64,000 nt of DNA from Rhizobiaceae bacterium (GTDB lineage Bacteria; Pseudomonadota; Alphaproteobacteria; Rhizobiales; Rhizobiaceae): NCBI GenBank assembly GCA_019635715.1, contig JAHBYY010000011.1, positions 6,904 through 70,903 of the forward strand, read 5' to 3'. Position numbers and translations under genes: made by a program. This document shows positions 50,941 to 62,830 of the stretch, piece after piece; within the stretch, counting starts at the first letter, position 1, and each line of letters begins with the position of its first letter. The notes under the pieces are model-generated. The model saw only the letters and a program-made list of their open reading frames with translations. It ran no database searches and had not been told where the DNA came from.

Positions 50941-51723
50941 ATGAAGAAGACGACCTCGGCCCTCTCCGGCCTCTATCTCATCCTGATCCTGTTCTTCCTC
51001 TACATTCCGATCATCATCATGATGATCATGTCCTTCAACCGGTCGGAGCTCTACCTGCTGCCCTTCGAGTTCGATCTCGTATGGTACGAGCAACTGGCGC
51101 AGAACGGCCAACTGCTCGGCGCGGCGCGCAACAGCATCCTCATCGCGCTGGTCAACGCCGTCCTGGCGACGACGCTCGGCACCATGACGGCGCTGTGCTT
51201 CGCCCGCTATGAATTCCGCGGCAAGCGCGTGCTGCAGGGCCTGCTCCTGCCGACACTGACGATGCCGTGGCTGATCACCGGCACCGCGATGCTGCTGTTC
51301 TTCTTCTGGTCGGGAATCGGGCGCGGCCTTCACTCCATCCTGCTCGGCCACGTCGCCCTGTCGCTGCCCTATGTGGTGATCATCGTCGGCGCGCGGCTCC
51401 GCAGCTTCGGCGTTTCGATGGAGGAGGCGGCGGCGACGCTCGGCGCGAATGCCTGGCAGACCTTCTGGAGGGTGACGGCGCCGCTGATGGCGCCGGGCAT
51501 CGTGGCGGCGGCGCTGTTCGCCTTCGCCATCTCCTTCGACCAGTTCGTCATCTCCTACTTCCTCGCACCGGTCGGCACCTCGACCCTGCCGGTGCAGATC
51601 TACTCGGCCATCCGCAAGGGCTTCACGCCCGAGATCAACGCGATCTCGACGATCATCATCCTGGCGTCGATGATCCTGATGATCGGCTTCGCCTACTTTT
51701 CCAAATTCGGTGGAGAACGCTGA
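50941..51723 (+). CDS. ABC permease, PotC-like
   Basis: FLYIPI..MSFN, EEAAATLGA, FAISFDQF, TLPVQIY, TPEINA. Confidence 0.9.
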   Translation: MKKTTSALSGLYLILILFFLYIPIIIMMIMSFNRSELYLLPFEFDLVWYEQLAQNGQLLGAARNSILIALVNAVLATTLGTMTALCFARYEFRGKRVLQGLLLPTLTMPWLITGTAMLLFFFWSGIGRGLHSILLGHVALSLPYVVIIVGARLRSFGVSMEEAAATLGANAWQTFWRVTAPLMAPGIVAAALFAFAISFDQFVISYFLAPVGTSTLPVQIYSAIRKGFTPEINAISTIIILASMILMIGFAYFSKFGGER

Positions 51724-51724
51724 A

Positions 51725-52798
51725 ATGAGCGCTGTCGGCATCAGCAACGTCGCGAAGTACTACGGCAGGCTCGCAGCCCTCGCAGACGTATCCCTGACGA
51801 TCCAGGACGGCGAGTTCTTCGGCCTCCTCGGACCTTCCGGCGGCGGCAAGACGACGCTGCTCCGCTCGATCGCCGGCTTCGTCGAGCCGGATCGCGGCGA
51901 AATCACCATCGCCGGCAAGACGGTGTCCAACATCCCGATCAACAAGCGCGACATCGGCATGATGTTCCAGAACTACGCCCTGTTCCCGCATCTCACCGTC
52001 GCCGAGAACATCGGCTTCGGCCTGTCGGTGCGGCATCGCCCGAAGTCCGAGATCGCGGAGCGGGTGAGACATCTGCTGGAACTGGTGCGGCTGTCGGGCT
52101 TCGAGGCGCGCAAGCCCAAGCAGATGTCGGGCGGCCAGCAGCAGCGCATCGCGCTGGCGCGCGCCCTCTCGACCAACCCGAAGGTGCTGCTGCTCGACGA
52201 ACCGCTCGGCGCGCTCGACAAGAAGCTTCGCGAGGAGATGCAGTTCGAGCTCAAGCAGATCCAGCGCGAGGTCGGCATCACCACGGTCTTCGTCACCCAC
52301 GACCAGGAAGAGGCGCTGACGCTGTCGGACCGCATCGCGATCATGAACAAGGGCGGGGTGGAACAGATCGGCTCGCCGCGCGAGATCTACGAGCGGCCGC
52401 GCACGGCGTTCGCCGCGAGCTTCCTCGGCACGGCCAACTTCTTCGAGGGCGTCGTCTCCGGGCGGAGCGACGGGCTGACACGCATCGAACTGCCCGACGG
52501 GCAGGCGATCTTCACCACCGACGAGGCGCCGGCCGGCGCCAAGGTCACCGCCGCGGTGCGTCCGGAAAAGCTGCTGGCCGGGCCGCCTCGGCCGGAGGCG
52601 CCGCAGGGGCGCATCAACACCATCCAGGGTCGGGTGACGGCCGAGGTCTTCACCGGCAACAGCGTCACCTACAAGGTCGACGCCGGAGACAGGACGGTGA
52701 CCGTGTTCGTGCAGAACCGCACCGACGAGCGCTTCGGTCCGAACCAGGCGATCGCTTTGACCTGGGAGGCCTTCCATACCATTCTCGTTGCCGCATGA
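51725..52798 (+). CDS. ABC ATP-binding protein, PotA-like
   Basis: GPSGGGKTT, FQNYALFPH, MSGGQQQR, LLDEPLGALD, VTHDQEEAL; TOBE-like C-terminus. Confidence 0.93.
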   Translation: MSAVGISNVAKYYGRLAALADVSLTIQDGEFFGLLGPSGGGKTTLLRSIAGFVEPDRGEITIAGKTVSNIPINKRDIGMMFQNYALFPHLTVAENIGFGLSVRHRPKSEIAERVRHLLELVRLSGFEARKPKQMSGGQQQRIALARALSTNPKVLLLDEPLGALDKKLREEMQFELKQIQREVGITTVFVTHDQEEALTLSDRIAIMNKGGVEQIGSPREIYERPRTAFAASFLGTANFFEGVVSGRSDGLTRIELPDGQAIFTTDEAPAGAKVTAAVRPEKLLAGPPRPEAPQGRINTIQGRVTAEVFTGNSVTYKVDAGDRTVTVFVQNRTDERFGPNQAIALTWEAFHTILVAA

Positions 52799-53313
52799 TG
52801 GCGCGCGGTCCTGAAAGCCATGCCGACCAGCCGCCACTGCTGGACCGGGAGGCACGAAAGGACGGGACGCCGGCAGACACCGCAACGCCGGCGAGCGGAG
52901 CGGACGTCTATGTGCTCGACGAGCAGGTCGGCTTCATCCTGCGTCAGGTCCACCAGCGGCACGCCGCCCTGTTTGCGTCGCATGTCGGCGACGACCTGAC
53001 GCCGACTCAATGGGCGGTGCTGGCCAAGCTCGCCGAGGTCGGCGGCATCTCGCAGAACCTGCTCGGCCGACAGACCGCGATGGACAACGTCACCATCAAG
53101 GGCGTGGTCGGACGGCTGGTGAAGCGGGGGCTGCTGGTCACCAGGCGCGACCGGGCCGACCCGAGGCGCTTCTCGATCTCGCTGTCGCCGGCGGGCCACA
53201 CAGCCTATGCCGCATGGGTCGGGGCTGCGCAGGCAGTCACCCGCGAGACGCTCGAACCGCTCGACGGCGAGGAGCGCGACGCGCTGATCCGCCTGCTCCT
53301 GAAGCTTCGGTAG
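52795..53313 (+). CDS. MarR-family regulator, NicR-like paralogue
   Basis: YVLDEQVGFILRQVHQRHAALF..LTPTQW..SQNLLGRQTAMD..TIKGVVGRL..DPRR; ATGA overlap with the ATPase gene. Confidence 0.85.
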   Translation: MMARGPESHADQPPLLDREARKDGTPADTATPASGADVYVLDEQVGFILRQVHQRHAALFASHVGDDLTPTQWAVLAKLAEVGGISQNLLGRQTAMDNVTIKGVVGRLVKRGLLVTRRDRADPRRFSISLSPAGHTAYAAWVGAAQAVTRETLEPLDGEERDALIRLLLKLR

Positions 53314-53371
53314 CGCATTCCGCAGCGATCAGTCCCGTCCCAGGCGGCGCCCACACCGGCCGCCGAGGAGA

Positions 53372-56300
53372 TCAGGGCCGGGCCGGCGCGCCCGCGGCCA
53401 GCCGTTCGACCGTCGACGCGGTCTCGCTCCAGGCCGCCCGCTGCGGTGCGAAACGGGCGCGCATGTAGTCGGCCAGATCGGCGATCGCCGGCCGGGACAG
53501 CGAAGCGCCGAAGGCGGGCATCGCCATCACCTCCTCGCGTTCGCCGACCGGTTCCGGGATGCCGTCCATGATCGTCCGGATCAGATTGAGCGGCGTGTCG
53601 GCGTGCAGGTTCGAGTTGAGCGCGAGCGACGCCATCGGAGCGCCGGCGTCGTGACAGGATGCGCAGGCGCCCTCGAAGATGCGCGCGCCGACCGGAAAGC
53701 CGAGCCGGGCCGCCGGCTCGGCGGCCTTCGCTGCGTCGATCGCGCCGGCCGGGCTGACTTGCGTCGGCGCGGCGGCGTCGCCGCCGAGACTGGCGAGATA
53801 GATCGCCATGGCACGGAGGTCCGCGTCGGGCAGCGGCGCCAGCGACTCGACCACATGCGCCATCGGCCCGGATGCCGGGCCGTGATCGTCCGACCGTCCC
53901 TTGCGCAGATAGTCGTAGAAGGCATCCTCGGTCCAGCCGACCGGCGCGGCCGACAGCGCGCCGAGCGCCGGCGCGTGCCAGCCATCGGCGTAGCCGCCGC
54001 CGAGATGCCGGTCACCTTTCAGCTCGGCGCCGAGCACGTTGCGGTCGGAATGGCAGGCGCTGCAATGGCCGAGCCCTTCGACCAGTTCGGCGCCGCGGTT
54101 CCACGCGGCGCCGCGTGCCGTATCGCGCGGGGCACCAGATGAGGAAAGGTAGAGCGCGTTCCAAGCCGCCATCAGGGGGCGGATGCCGAACGGAAACCGC
54201 AGTTCGGCATCCGGGGCTTTCCGCGGCGAAGCCGGCTGCTGCATGAGGTAGGCATAGAGCGCCTGCAGGTCGCCTTCGCCCGCCTTGGCGAAGGACGGAT
54301 AGGGATGAGCCGGATAGAGGTGGCCGCCGTCGCGCCGCACGCCCTGCCGCATCGCCCGTTCGAAGGCGGGATAGGACCAGGCGCCGATGCCGGCTTCCGG
54401 ATGCGGCGTGATGTTGGGCGCATGGATGACGCCGAAATCGGTCTCGAAGGCCCGCCCGCCGGCAAAGGCGGTTCCGTCGCTGCCGACATGGCAGACGTTG
54501 CAGGCGCCCAGGGCTGCGGCCAGCCGGCCGCGCTCGACGGTCGCTGCCGAGAAGACATCGGCCGCGGGCCGCTCGACCGGCGGGATCGGCGAGCGCCACG
54601 GCAGTACCGCGGCGCCGAGCGCCAAGGCCCCGGCGAAAGCGCCGGCCAGCGGCCCGGCGACCCGGCGGCGGACGGATCTCGGCTTCTCCTGGACGTCGGG
54701 AGGCGGCAACGGATTGAGCGCGGCGCGCACGCGCTCCGGCGACAGCGGCAGTTCGCGAAAGCGAACGCCCGTCGCGTCGAAGATCGCATTGGCAATGGCC
54801 GCGGCGCTGGGAACCGACGCGGATTCTCCGGCGCCCAGCGGCGGATCGTCGGGCCTCGGCAGCATGAGGACGTCGACGTCGGGCACTTCGGGAAAGCGCA
54901 GGATCGGATAGGCGCCCCATTCGAGGCTTTCGACGGCGGTGGACGAAAAATCCACCTGCTCCTTCAGCACCCGGCTGGTCGACTGGATGACATTGCCGTG
55001 GATCTGATGCCGCACCCCGTCGGGATTGACGACCTGGCCCGTGTCCTGGCCGCAGACGACCCTGGTGACGGCGATCTCGCCGGTCTTCCTGTTGACCGCG
55101 ACATCCGCCACCCAGGCCGACCAGGCGGCGGCGGTCCCCGGAAAGCTCCCATGGACATAAAGCGCATAGGCGAAACCGCGGCCGTACAGGATATCGCCAT
55201 CGCCTCCATGCGAGAACGGGCCGGTATGCGGCTTCCATTTCGCCCGCTCGGCGACGGCACGGACGAGGTCGGCGGCACGCGGATCGTGGAGGTAGCGCAG
55301 GCGGTATTCGATCGGATCGACACCGGCAGCGGTTGCCAGTTCGTCGATGAAGGATTCGTGCGCGAAGCTGTTGGGAAGCGCCGAAACCCCGCGGAACCAG
55401 GAGGCGCGGGCGACCGGCGGCATGTCGTGCACGGTGACGCGCATATTGCCATAGGCGTAGGGCGGGACGGCGGTCCGATCCCCCATCTGGACGACGCTCG
55501 CGGTCGGCGGGATCTTGCCGGTGAGAAGCAGCGGCAAGGTCGGCGCGAGATTCGACGGGTAGCGCGTCTCGAAGGCATAGGCGGCGGGGCCGCCTTCCCG
55601 GTCGAGGCCGCCGCGGATGTCGACGACCTGGCCCGCGCCCTTGGGCTCCCAGCCATGCTCCTGCTCGCGGGTGAGCTGGACACGAACGGGCATGCCGGCG
55701 GCGCGCGACAGCAGCGCCGCGTCGGCGGTCACGTCGTCGGCGCAGTTACGGCCGTAGCAGCCGGCGGCCTCCAGCCGTTCGACGACGATCATCTCCTCCG
55801 GCATGTCCATGAGCCGCGACAGGTCGCCGCGCATCGGGAACGGGTTCTGCGTCCCCGACCAGACCGTCAGCCCGTCCGGCCGCCAGTCGGCGACGGCGCA
55901 GGACGGACCGATCGAGCCGTGCATCTGGAACGGCCAGACATAGCTGCGCTGCATGATCTCGCCGGCGCCTTCGAGCGCCCGGTCGACATCGCCCCGGTCG
56001 AGCAGCTTGCGCGGCGAGGCCGGATTGCCGCGGATGGCGTCCTCCGGGCGGTTCAGGTCGGGGATCGCCGGGATGTCGCGCCAGGTGACGCGCAGCCGCT
56101 GCATCGCCAGGATCGCGTTCTCCTCGCGGGTGGCGACGACGCCGACGAAATCGCCGATCGTCACCACGCAGACCAGACCCGGAACGTCGGCGACCGAGGC
56201 TTCGTCGACCGCGACGAGGCTGGAACCGACATGCGCGCCATGGTCGAAGCCGGCATAGGGCGGCCGGACGACACGGCCGTGCAGCATGCCGGGAAGCCGC

Positions 56301-56896
56301 ACATCGTGCACATAGGAGAAGGCGCCGGTCGCTTTGTCCGGGATGTCGACGCGCGGCTGAGCGCGACCGACGACGCGATAATCCGCGACCGGCTTCAGCG
56401 CCGTGTCGGGGTCGATGCGCAGGCGGGCGCGGCTGCCGGCGATCAGCTCGCCATAGCTCAGGAAGCGATTGCCTTCAGCGCCCGGGCGCGCCACGCCGTC
56501 CGAAACGACGATGTCGGCCTCGGCACAGCCGAACGCCGCCGCGGCGCGCGCGACGAGCCATGCACGGGCGGTCGCTGCGGCCAGGCGGAGCGGAACCGCC
56601 GCGACCTGGATGGTCTCGCTGGCGATCGTGGCACCCTGGTTCGGCGCCGCCCCGGTCGAGCCCAGCACCATCTCGACGGAGCCGAACGGCACGTCGAGCT
56701 CTTCCGCCACGATCTGGGCGAGCGCCGTCCGGATGCCGGTCCCGAGATCGACATGCCCGTTGAAGGCGCGAACCCTGCCATCCGGCCCGATCGCGATGAA
56801 CAGTTCCTCGCCACCGGCAGCCGCGAGGCGCGTGACGGTGAGGCTGTCGTGGTCGGCCAGGTAGGAGGAGACCGGCCGTTCGCGCTGCGACGTCAT
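53372..56896 (-). CDS. nicB: Nicotinate dehydrogenase large subunit (molybdopterin domain + TM + tri-haem cytochrome c), 1174 aa
   Basis: GHVDLGTG, AAGCYGRNCADD, GAGE Mo-hydroxylase motifs; three CxxCH (CNVCH, CSACH, CASCH); nic context. Confidence 0.88.
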   Translation of the reverse strand: MTSQRERPVSSYLADHDSLTVTRLAAAGGEELFIAIGPDGRVRAFNGHVDLGTGIRTALAQIVAEELDVPFGSVEMVLGSTGAAPNQGATIASETIQVAAVPLRLAAATARAWLVARAAAAFGCAEADIVVSDGVARPGAEGNRFLSYGELIAGSRARLRIDPDTALKPVADYRVVGRAQPRVDIPDKATGAFSYVHDVRLPGMLHGRVVRPPYAGFDHGAHVGSSLVAVDEASVADVPGLVCVVTIGDFVGVVATREENAILAMQRLRVTWRDIPAIPDLNRPEDAIRGNPASPRKLLDRGDVDRALEGAGEIMQRSYVWPFQMHGSIGPSCAVADWRPDGLTVWSGTQNPFPMRGDLSRLMDMPEEMIVVERLEAAGCYGRNCADDVTADAALLSRAAGMPVRVQLTREQEHGWEPKGAGQVVDIRGGLDREGGPAAYAFETRYPSNLAPTLPLLLTGKIPPTASVVQMGDRTAVPPYAYGNMRVTVHDMPPVARASWFRGVSALPNSFAHESFIDELATAAGVDPIEYRLRYLHDPRAADLVRAVAERAKWKPHTGPFSHGGDGDILYGRGFAYALYVHGSFPGTAAAWSAWVADVAVNRKTGEIAVTRVVCGQDTGQVVNPDGVRHQIHGNVIQSTSRVLKEQVDFSSTAVESLEWGAYPILRFPEVPDVDVLMLPRPDDPPLGAGESASVPSAAAIANAIFDATGVRFRELPLSPERVRAALNPLPPPDVQEKPRSVRRRVAGPLAGAFAGALALGAAVLPWRSPIPPVERPAADVFSAATVERGRLAAALGACNVCHVGSDGTAFAGGRAFETDFGVIHAPNITPHPEAGIGAWSYPAFERAMRQGVRRDGGHLYPAHPYPSFAKAGEGDLQALYAYLMQQPASPRKAPDAELRFPFGIRPLMAAWNALYLSSSGAPRDTARGAAWNRGAELVEGLGHCSACHSDRNVLGAELKGDRHLGGGYADGWHAPALGALSAAPVGWTEDAFYDYLRKGRSDDHGPASGPMAHVVESLAPLPDADLRAMAIYLASLGGDAAAPTQVSPAGAIDAAKAAEPAARLGFPVGARIFEGACASCHDAGAPMASLALNSNLHADTPLNLIRTIMDGIPEPVGEREEVMAMPAFGASLSRPAIADLADYMRARFAPQRAAWSETASTVERLAAGAPARP

Positions 56897-57390
56897 CGCT
56901 CCTCCCGGTGGCCGGAGGCCGGTCCCTCGGGCGGCGCCGCGACGCTGCGCACGGCGTCGAGAATCTCCAGATGTGTGCCGCACCGGCACAGATGGTAGCG
57001 CAGCGCCTCGCGGATCTGGCTCTCGTCGGGGTGGGCGACGCGGCGCAGCAGCGCGACCGTCGCGATGATCATGCCGTTGAGGCAATAGCCGCATTGCGCC
57101 GCGTCGCAGGCGATGAAGGCGGACTGCACCGGGTGGGGCTCGTCGCGGCTTCCCAGTCCCTCCAGGGTGGTGACCTGCCGATCGCCGAGGGCCGAGATGG
57201 GAACCGCGCAGGCGCGGACGGAGCGGTCGCCGACCAGCACCGCGCAGGCGCCGCACTCCCCCAGGCCGCAGCCATATTTGGGGCCGTTGAGGGCAAGATC
57301 GTTGCGCAGGACATAGAGAAGCGGCGTCTGGGGCGCCACGTCGACCCGGACCCGCTTGCCATTGACGACGAGTTCGGTGCCGCGCGTCAT
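56893..57390 (-). CDS. nicA: Nicotinate dehydrogenase small [2Fe-2S] subunit
   Basis: GPKYGCGLGECGAC, QCGYC, LCRCG motifs; ATGA overlap with nicB. Confidence 0.88.
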   Translation of the reverse strand: MTRGTELVVNGKRVRVDVAPQTPLLYVLRNDLALNGPKYGCGLGECGACAVLVGDRSVRACAVPISALGDRQVTTLEGLGSRDEPHPVQSAFIACDAAQCGYCLNGMIIATVALLRRVAHPDESQIREALRYHLCRCGTHLEILDAVRSVAAPPEGPASGHREER

Positions 57391-57415
57391 CGGCACGGCC
57401 CAGGGAGGCGGTGCC

Positions 57416-57886
57416 CTACCGCTCGTCGGGGGCGTCCGATCCGATGATCTGACGCAGCGTGTGGATGAGCGCCAGCCGCTCCGCCGGATTGAGCCGCTCC
57501 ATCGTCAGCTCGGTGATCTTGCGCGCCGAGGGAATCATCGCGTCGAGGACCGCCCGGCCCTCCTGCGTGATCGAGATGATGACCTTGCGGGCGTCCGAAC
57601 TGTCCTGGCCGAGCGCGATCAGCGAGCGCGCCTGCAGGCGCGCGATGATGCCGCGGATCGTCGCCTGGTCGATCACCGTCGAGCGCACGAGCTCGCCCTG
57701 CGACTGCGGGCCGAGATCCCTGAGCGCGCAGAGCGCGGCGAACTGCACGGAGGTCAGTTGCGGGTCGGAGGCATTGGCCTGGAAGATCGCGAGATGCTTC
57801 TGGTAGGCGCGGCGCAGCAGATAGCCGACCTGCTCCGAGAAGGCATAGTCGTCGTCGGGCGCCGTCTGGTCCTGTCCGGGGGGCAT
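57416..57886 (-). CDS. nicR: MarR-family repressor NicR
   Basis: YAFSEQVGYLLRRAYQKHLAIFQ..QLTSVQF..DQATIRGIIARL..DARK resembles NicR/BpsR; nic context. Confidence 0.82.
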   Translation of the reverse strand: MPPGQDQTAPDDDYAFSEQVGYLLRRAYQKHLAIFQANASDPQLTSVQFAALCALRDLGPQSQGELVRSTVIDQATIRGIIARLQARSLIALGQDSSDARKVIISITQEGRAVLDAMIPSARKITELTMERLNPAERLALIHTLRQIIGSDAPDER

Positions 57887-58054
57887 TCTCGTTTCCGTGG
57901 CGCCTCACGGCATTCGCAGCGATCCGGGCATGAAGCGCGGAACGTGCCGGGCAGTCAATGCGGACGGAGAAGCGAAGCGGCATTCCGGGTCCTCGCAGAT
58001 GCGTCCGCCGCTGCGGCATATCGACGGCCGCCGCCCAAGTGAACGGGATTTAAT

Positions 58055-59410
<1,356 letters not shown>

Positions 59411-59421
59411 GGGCCGGGATC

Positions 59422-60237
59422 ATGACCTGCGCCCCCACCGGCCACAACGTTCGCGCCAACGGCATCCGCCAGCATTATCTGCGCTACCGCGGGCCGGGCG
59501 CTCCGATGGTCGTCGTGCCGGGGATCACCAGCCCGGCGATCACCTGGGGCTTCGTCGCCGAGCGGCTGGCGGAAGCCTTCGACGTCTATGTGCTCGACGT
59601 GCGCGGCCGCGGCCTGTCGTCGACCGGTCCGGACCTCGACTACGGGACGGACGCCCTGGCCGCCGATCTCGCCGGCTTCATCGAGGCGGCCGGCCTGCGC
59701 GACGTCACCGTGCTCGGCCATTCGATGGGTGCCCGCATCGGCGCGCGCGCCCTCGGCGGAGAGGCTTCGGGCATCGCCCGGCTGGTGATGGTCGATCCGC
59801 CGGTCTCCGGGCCTGGCCGCCGCCCCTATCCCTCCAGGCTTCCCTGGTATGTCGAGTCCATCCGGCTCGCCACGGCGGGAACGGACGCGGAGGGCATGCG
59901 CGCCTTTTGCCCAACCTGGAGCGACGAACAGCGGGCCCTGCGCGCCGAATGGCTGCACACCTGCTACGAGCCGGCGATCGTCAGGGCCTTCAATGATTTC
60001 CACGACGATGATTTTCATGCCGACCTGCCGAAACTCGGGGCTCATGCCGGCCTGATGATCGCGGGACGCGGCGGCGTGATCGAACAGGCCGATCGCGACG
60101 AGATCGCGCGGCTCAATCCGTCGATCGCCATGACACGGGTCGAGAATGCCGGCCATATGATCCCGTGGGACGATCTCGAAGGCTTCCTATCCGGCATCGA
60201 CGCGCTGCTCGGCACGCGCATTTCAGGCCGGAGCTGA
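59422..60237 (+). CDS. nicD: N-formylmaleamate deformylase
   Basis: ANGIRQHYLRY, PGITSPAITWGFVAERL, GHSMG, DPPVSGPGRRPYP, AGHMIPWD. Confidence 0.92.
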   Translation: MTCAPTGHNVRANGIRQHYLRYRGPGAPMVVVPGITSPAITWGFVAERLAEAFDVYVLDVRGRGLSSTGPDLDYGTDALAADLAGFIEAAGLRDVTVLGHSMGARIGARALGGEASGIARLVMVDPPVSGPGRRPYPSRLPWYVESIRLATAGTDAEGMRAFCPTWSDEQRALRAEWLHTCYEPAIVRAFNDFHDDDFHADLPKLGAHAGLMIAGRGGVIEQADRDEIARLNPSIAMTRVENAGHMIPWDDLEGFLSGIDALLGTRISGRS

Positions 60238-60240
60238 CCG

Positions 60241-60996
60241 ATGTCCAGGACGCATTACCGCATCGGCCAGATCGTCCCGAGCTCCAACGTCACCATGGAG
60301 ACGGAAATCCCGGCGATGCTGACGGCCCGGCAACTGATCCTGCCGGAGCGCTTCACCTTTCATTCGGCCCGCATGCGGATGAAGCATGTCACGCGCGACG
60401 AGCTGGCCGCGATGGACGCCCAGTCGGACCGTTGCGCGCTGGAGCTCTCCGACGCGCGCGTCGACGTGCTCGGCTATGCCTGTCTGGTGGCGATCATGTC
60501 GATGGGCCACGGCTACCACCGCGAAAGCCAGAGGCGCCTGCATTCCGTCACCGTGGAGAACGGCGCCGCGGCCCCGGTCGTCACCAGCGCCGGGGCGCTC
60601 GTCGAAGCGCTGGGGGTCATGGGAGCGCGGCGCATCGCGCTCGTCGCCCCCTACATGAAGCCGCTGACGCGAATGGTGATCGACTACATCGAGGCCGAGG
60701 GCGTCGAGGTCGTCGCGCACCGGGCGCTGGAGATTTCCGACAATCTCGCGGTCGCCGCGCATGATCCGGCGAAGCTGCCGGGCATCGTGCAGGGCCTCGA
60801 CCTGTCGGGCGTCGACGTGGTCGTGCTGTCGGCCTGCGTGCAGATGCCCTCGCTGGCCAGCGTCGCGCGGGTCGAGGCGATGACCGGCAAGCCGGTGGTG
60901 ACCGCCGCCATCGCCACGACCTACCAGATGCTCAGATCGCTGGATCTGGCGCCCGTCGTTCCGGGTGCCGGCGCGCTGCTTTCCGGCGCCTATTGA
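60241..60996 (+). CDS. nicE: Maleate cis-trans isomerase
   Basis: RIGQIVPSSNVTMETEIP, YACLVA and SACVQMPS catalytic cysteines. Confidence 0.93.
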   Translation: MSRTHYRIGQIVPSSNVTMETEIPAMLTARQLILPERFTFHSARMRMKHVTRDELAAMDAQSDRCALELSDARVDVLGYACLVAIMSMGHGYHRESQRRLHSVTVENGAAAPVVTSAGALVEALGVMGARRIALVAPYMKPLTRMVIDYIEAEGVEVVAHRALEISDNLAVAAHDPAKLPGIVQGLDLSGVDVVVLSACVQMPSLASVARVEAMTGKPVVTAAIATTYQMLRSLDLAPVVPGAGALLSGAY

Positions 60997-61007
60997 AGGA
61001 GCAAGCG

Positions 61008-61640
61008 ATGAGCCGGACGGCAGAGGACAATTACAAGGGCGTCTGGGGCAATCGCATCGGATTCGGCGATCGCCCGGCCGTCCTCGTCATCGACTTCATG
61101 AAGGCCTACACGACCGAGGGCTCGCCGCTCCATGCGCCGGGCGTCGTCGCGGCGGTGGCCAAGACACCCGCCCTGCTGGCCGCGGCGCGGCGAAGCCGGA
61201 CGCCGGTCGTCCACACCAACATCCTCTATAGCGCGCCGGGCTGCGCCGACGGCGGCATGTGGGTCAGGAAGAGCCCGGTGATGACGGCGATGGTGGCGGG
61301 AAATCCGCTCGCCGAATTCTGCGACGGCGTCGAGCCGGCCGCCGACGAAGCCGTGGTGACCAAGCAATATGCCAGCGCCTTCTTCGGCACCAGCCTCGCG
61401 CCGATGCTGCATGCCTGGGGCATCGACACGCTGATGCTGGCCGGCTGCTCGACCAGCGGCTGCATCCGCGCCAGCGCCGTCGACGCGGTTCAGCACGGCT
61501 TCCGCACCATCGTCGTCAGGGATTGCGTGGGCGACCGGCATGACGAACCGCATCAGGCGAACCTCTTCGACATCGATTCCAAATACGGAGACGTCGTCGG
61601 CCTCGACGAGGCCCTCGGCTATCTCGGCACCCGAGCCTGA
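61008..61640 (+). CDS. nicF: Maleamate amidohydrolase (isochorismatase family)
   Basis: NYKGVWGNRIGFG, IDF, KQYASAFFGTSL, GCSTSGCIRASAVD, NLFDIDSKYGDVV. Confidence 0.9.
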   Translation: MSRTAEDNYKGVWGNRIGFGDRPAVLVIDFMKAYTTEGSPLHAPGVVAAVAKTPALLAAARRSRTPVVHTNILYSAPGCADGGMWVRKSPVMTAMVAGNPLAEFCDGVEPAADEAVVTKQYASAFFGTSLAPMLHAWGIDTLMLAGCSTSGCIRASAVDAVQHGFRTIVVRDCVGDRHDEPHQANLFDIDSKYGDVVGLDEALGYLGTRA

Positions 61641-61713
61641 GCCGGAGCCGCATCCGGCCATTCCGAAACCGACGCGCCGGCGCTCGGCCGCGTCCCGCCC
61701 CAGGAGACCCAGC

Positions 61714-62745
61714 ATGGACCAGTTCAGCTTCACGGAAATCTGCCTGCACCAGCTCAAGATGTCCGGGGTGCATGAGGGCGAACGGCTCATCGTGCTGACG
61801 CAGGGCAGCGAACGGCTCGACTATGCCGATGCATTCATGGCGGCGGGCCAGCGGCTCGGCGCCAAGATGTACCATATGCGCCTGCCGGCCGTGCCGCCGG
61901 CGGGCGCCTGGGCGGTGGGCCAGACCGGCCTGGCGGCGATGCCGGAAGCGGTCGAAGCGCTGAAGGCCGCCGATATGCTGATCGACTGCATCTTCCTGCT
62001 GTTCAGCCCGGAACAGATGGCGATCCAGGCCGCCGGAACCCGCATCCTGACCGCGGTCGAGCCTCCGGAACTGCTGGCGCGGATGCTGCCCAGCAAGCGG
62101 CTGCGCGAGCGCGTCGAGTTCGCCGGCGAGGTGCTGTCCAAGGCCAAGGTGATGCGCATCACCTCGCGGCACGGCACCGATGTCACCTACAGGCTCAACA
62201 CCTATCCGGCGATCACCGAATATGCCTGCACCGACCAGCCCGGCCGCTGGGACCATTGGCCGTCCGGCTTCGTCTTCACCGGGGGGGACGACGACGGCGT
62301 CGACGGAACGATCGTCGTGGCGCCGGGCGACATCCTGCTGCCGCAGAACATCTATGTGCGGGACCCGATCGTCTACACGATCGAGAAGGGCTGGATCGTC
62401 GACATCCGCGGCGGCCTCGATGCCGAACTGGTCAAATCGTACATGGAGAGCTTTGACGATCCGCGCGGCATGGGCATGAGCCATGTCGGCTGGGGCCTCA
62501 ACCCCGACGCGAAATGGCACCGCATGGTGCCGGGCGAATTCCCCGGCGGCATGGGGATGGAGCCGCGTTCGTTCTACGGCAACGTGATGTTCTCGAGCGG
62601 CCCCAACAACGAACTCGGGGGGCCGAACGATACCGCCTGTCACCTCGACATCCCGATGCGCCACTGCTCGCTCTTCCTCGACGACGAGCCGATCGTCGTC
62701 GACGGGGACATCGTGGTGCGGGAGATGCAGGACAGGCGCCCCTAG
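61714..62745 (+). CDS. nicX: 2,5-dihydroxypyridine 5,6-dioxygenase
   Basis: FLLFSPEQ, PGRWDHWPSGF, SHVGWGLN, FSSGPN, TACHLDIP (His/His/Asp Fe ligands). Confidence 0.92.
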   Translation: MDQFSFTEICLHQLKMSGVHEGERLIVLTQGSERLDYADAFMAAGQRLGAKMYHMRLPAVPPAGAWAVGQTGLAAMPEAVEALKAADMLIDCIFLLFSPEQMAIQAAGTRILTAVEPPELLARMLPSKRLRERVEFAGEVLSKAKVMRITSRHGTDVTYRLNTYPAITEYACTDQPGRWDHWPSGFVFTGGDDDGVDGTIVVAPGDILLPQNIYVRDPIVYTIEKGWIVDIRGGLDAELVKSYMESFDDPRGMGMSHVGWGLNPDAKWHRMVPGEFPGGMGMEPRSFYGNVMFSSGPNNELGGPNDTACHLDIPMRHCSLFLDDEPIVVDGDIVVREMQDRRP

Positions 62746-62830
62746 GAGCCCTTTTGTTGGAAATGCGGCCGGGCGTCGGTGCCCCCGCCGGTGGGAAACC
62801 CGGAGCCTCCGCGTTCCGCGCGGCAAGCGT

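Noticed and set aside
48727-52798. Literal spermidine/putrescine transporter (potABCD)
   Set aside because: The family fits, but key acidic ligand residues are altered and the context is pyridine/glycoside catabolism, so gene symbols were withheld.
53372-57256. Apparent NicA-NicB fusion or 1294-aa NicB
   Set aside because: The extension is an off-frame read of nicA; nicA and nicB are separate genes with an ATGA overlap at 56893-56896.
60993-61640. Nicotinamidase (PncA) call for the isochorismatase-family gene
   Set aside because: It lacks the PncA metal-binding DxH/HC pattern and matches NicF motifs and position.
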